NCBI RefSeq assembly: GCF_963921235.1
Contig: NC_086097.1
Location: 10,292,001-10,356,000 of the forward strand
Direction of reading: 5' to 3'
Length of the DNA: 64,000 nt
Origin: Mobula hypostoma
Lineage: Eukaryota
Both the position numbers and the translations under genes were made by a program. Under the pieces are notes generated by a model. The model was given only the letters and a program-made list of their open reading frames with translations, searched no databases and had not been told where the DNA came from. Below are positions 62,831 through 64,000 of this stretch, piece after piece. How positions within the stretch are numbered: position 1 is the first letter of the stretch; every line of letters starts with the position of its first letter.

Positions 62831-64000
62831 TTTTTCAATGATTCAAAGTACATTTATCATCATTTAAAATAGCATTTGAGTGTGTATAAGTATATAAAGT
62901 GATTTTTTGGAACAGCTGTTTGGTAAAAGAGCATAATCTGAATAAGAATCAGAATCAGGTTTAATTTCACCGACATACAGTATGTTGTGAAATTTGTTGT
63001 TTTGCGGCAGCAGTACAGTGCAATACTGAATAATAATAAAACTGTGAATTACAGTAAGAAATATATATGATGGTAGAAGGGAAGAAGCTGTTCCTGAATC
63101 ATTTTGTGCTATTTTGATTGGGGTGGATTAGCAGTGTGGTGCTGGATTGAACTGTACTGATCTCAACTGAATATTCCTGGCACTGTTTTGAAGACCTGTT
63201 ATTTCATGTTTCATATTCTGTGTTTCTCACTCATTTTTTGTGCCATTTGCATGATTTTTTCTTTGCGCATTGGAAGTTTTATGGAGTTTTTCTTGGCTCG
63301 TTGCTGTCTGTGGTAAGATGTATCTCGGGGGGGTGGTTGTATACTACATACACATTTTGATGATAAATGTACTTTGAATCATTGAATCTTTGAGTATGTG
63401 CATTCAGGCTCCAGTACCTCCTCCTTGATGGAAGCAATGAGAAGAGACATATCCTGGGTGATTGGTGATGGGATATTAATGGCTCTCTTATACCCATTAT
63501 AAAGATACAAAGAAAACATTTGCTTTGGAGGACACTGCCATTTTCCAATTTTTGCCTCTTCTGCATTTCGTTCTCTTTACATAGCTTTGATCTATTATCG
63601 TTGGCCATGGCATCTGCTCTCAAGACCCAATGTAATGGAAATAACAAGAATATGCAATTTGGAATTCAAGAAGCAAGAAGTGTACACAATACTTTTAATA
63701 CATTAAATAGGTAAGACTAGTCACAAGCACATAACATAGTTGGTTACACATCTTCCCGAGAAGGAAAGATGGCGGCGCGACGCAGCTCGCAGCGGCCACT
63801 CTGGTGGTGATGTCTGTTATTTGTCAAGTAGGGTGCTGTGCACAATCCTGATTTGATGGAAACGGACGTGAGAGCACGGAGGAACATCTGGTGAAACCTG
63901 AAATGTCTGCTTCACTGCTGCTGCTACTGTGTGGGCCAGAATCTCTGGAGGAGAAGGCCCCAAGTCCTCGGCTTTGCTTGTTGCTCGGCGGTCGGGACAG

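Overview
Eukaryotic, repeat-saturated DNA with no intact, recognisable host gene. The repeat mix (CR1/HER1-like LINEs with (TTCTATG)n/(TATGGTCT)n tails, HE1/V-type SINEs, Rex1/Babar LINEs, Penelope-like elements, Gypsy remnants) points to a cartilaginous fish, probably a ray or shark (inference). Almost every long ORF is a retroelement fragment or a junction chimera. Main observations: (1) a decayed Gypsy provirus (36985-40585, two LTRs, 5-bp TSD) whose RT/RNaseH/integrase core is replaced by a mostly processed copy of the host splicing-factor gene RBM25; (2) a young 5'-truncated Penelope-like RT + GIY-YIG element with a 17-bp direct repeat and a minimal hammerhead-ribozyme motif in its tail, plus several decayed copies of the motif; (3) a local inverted templated copy of a CR1 segment sharing private mutations; (4) a possible decayed Rab1-like remnant; (5) an ~80-bp hAT MITE family, a young tRNA-derived SINE and three solo LTRs with clean TSDs. 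All family assignments were made by eye from motifs, with no database search. Boundaries without a TSD are approximate.
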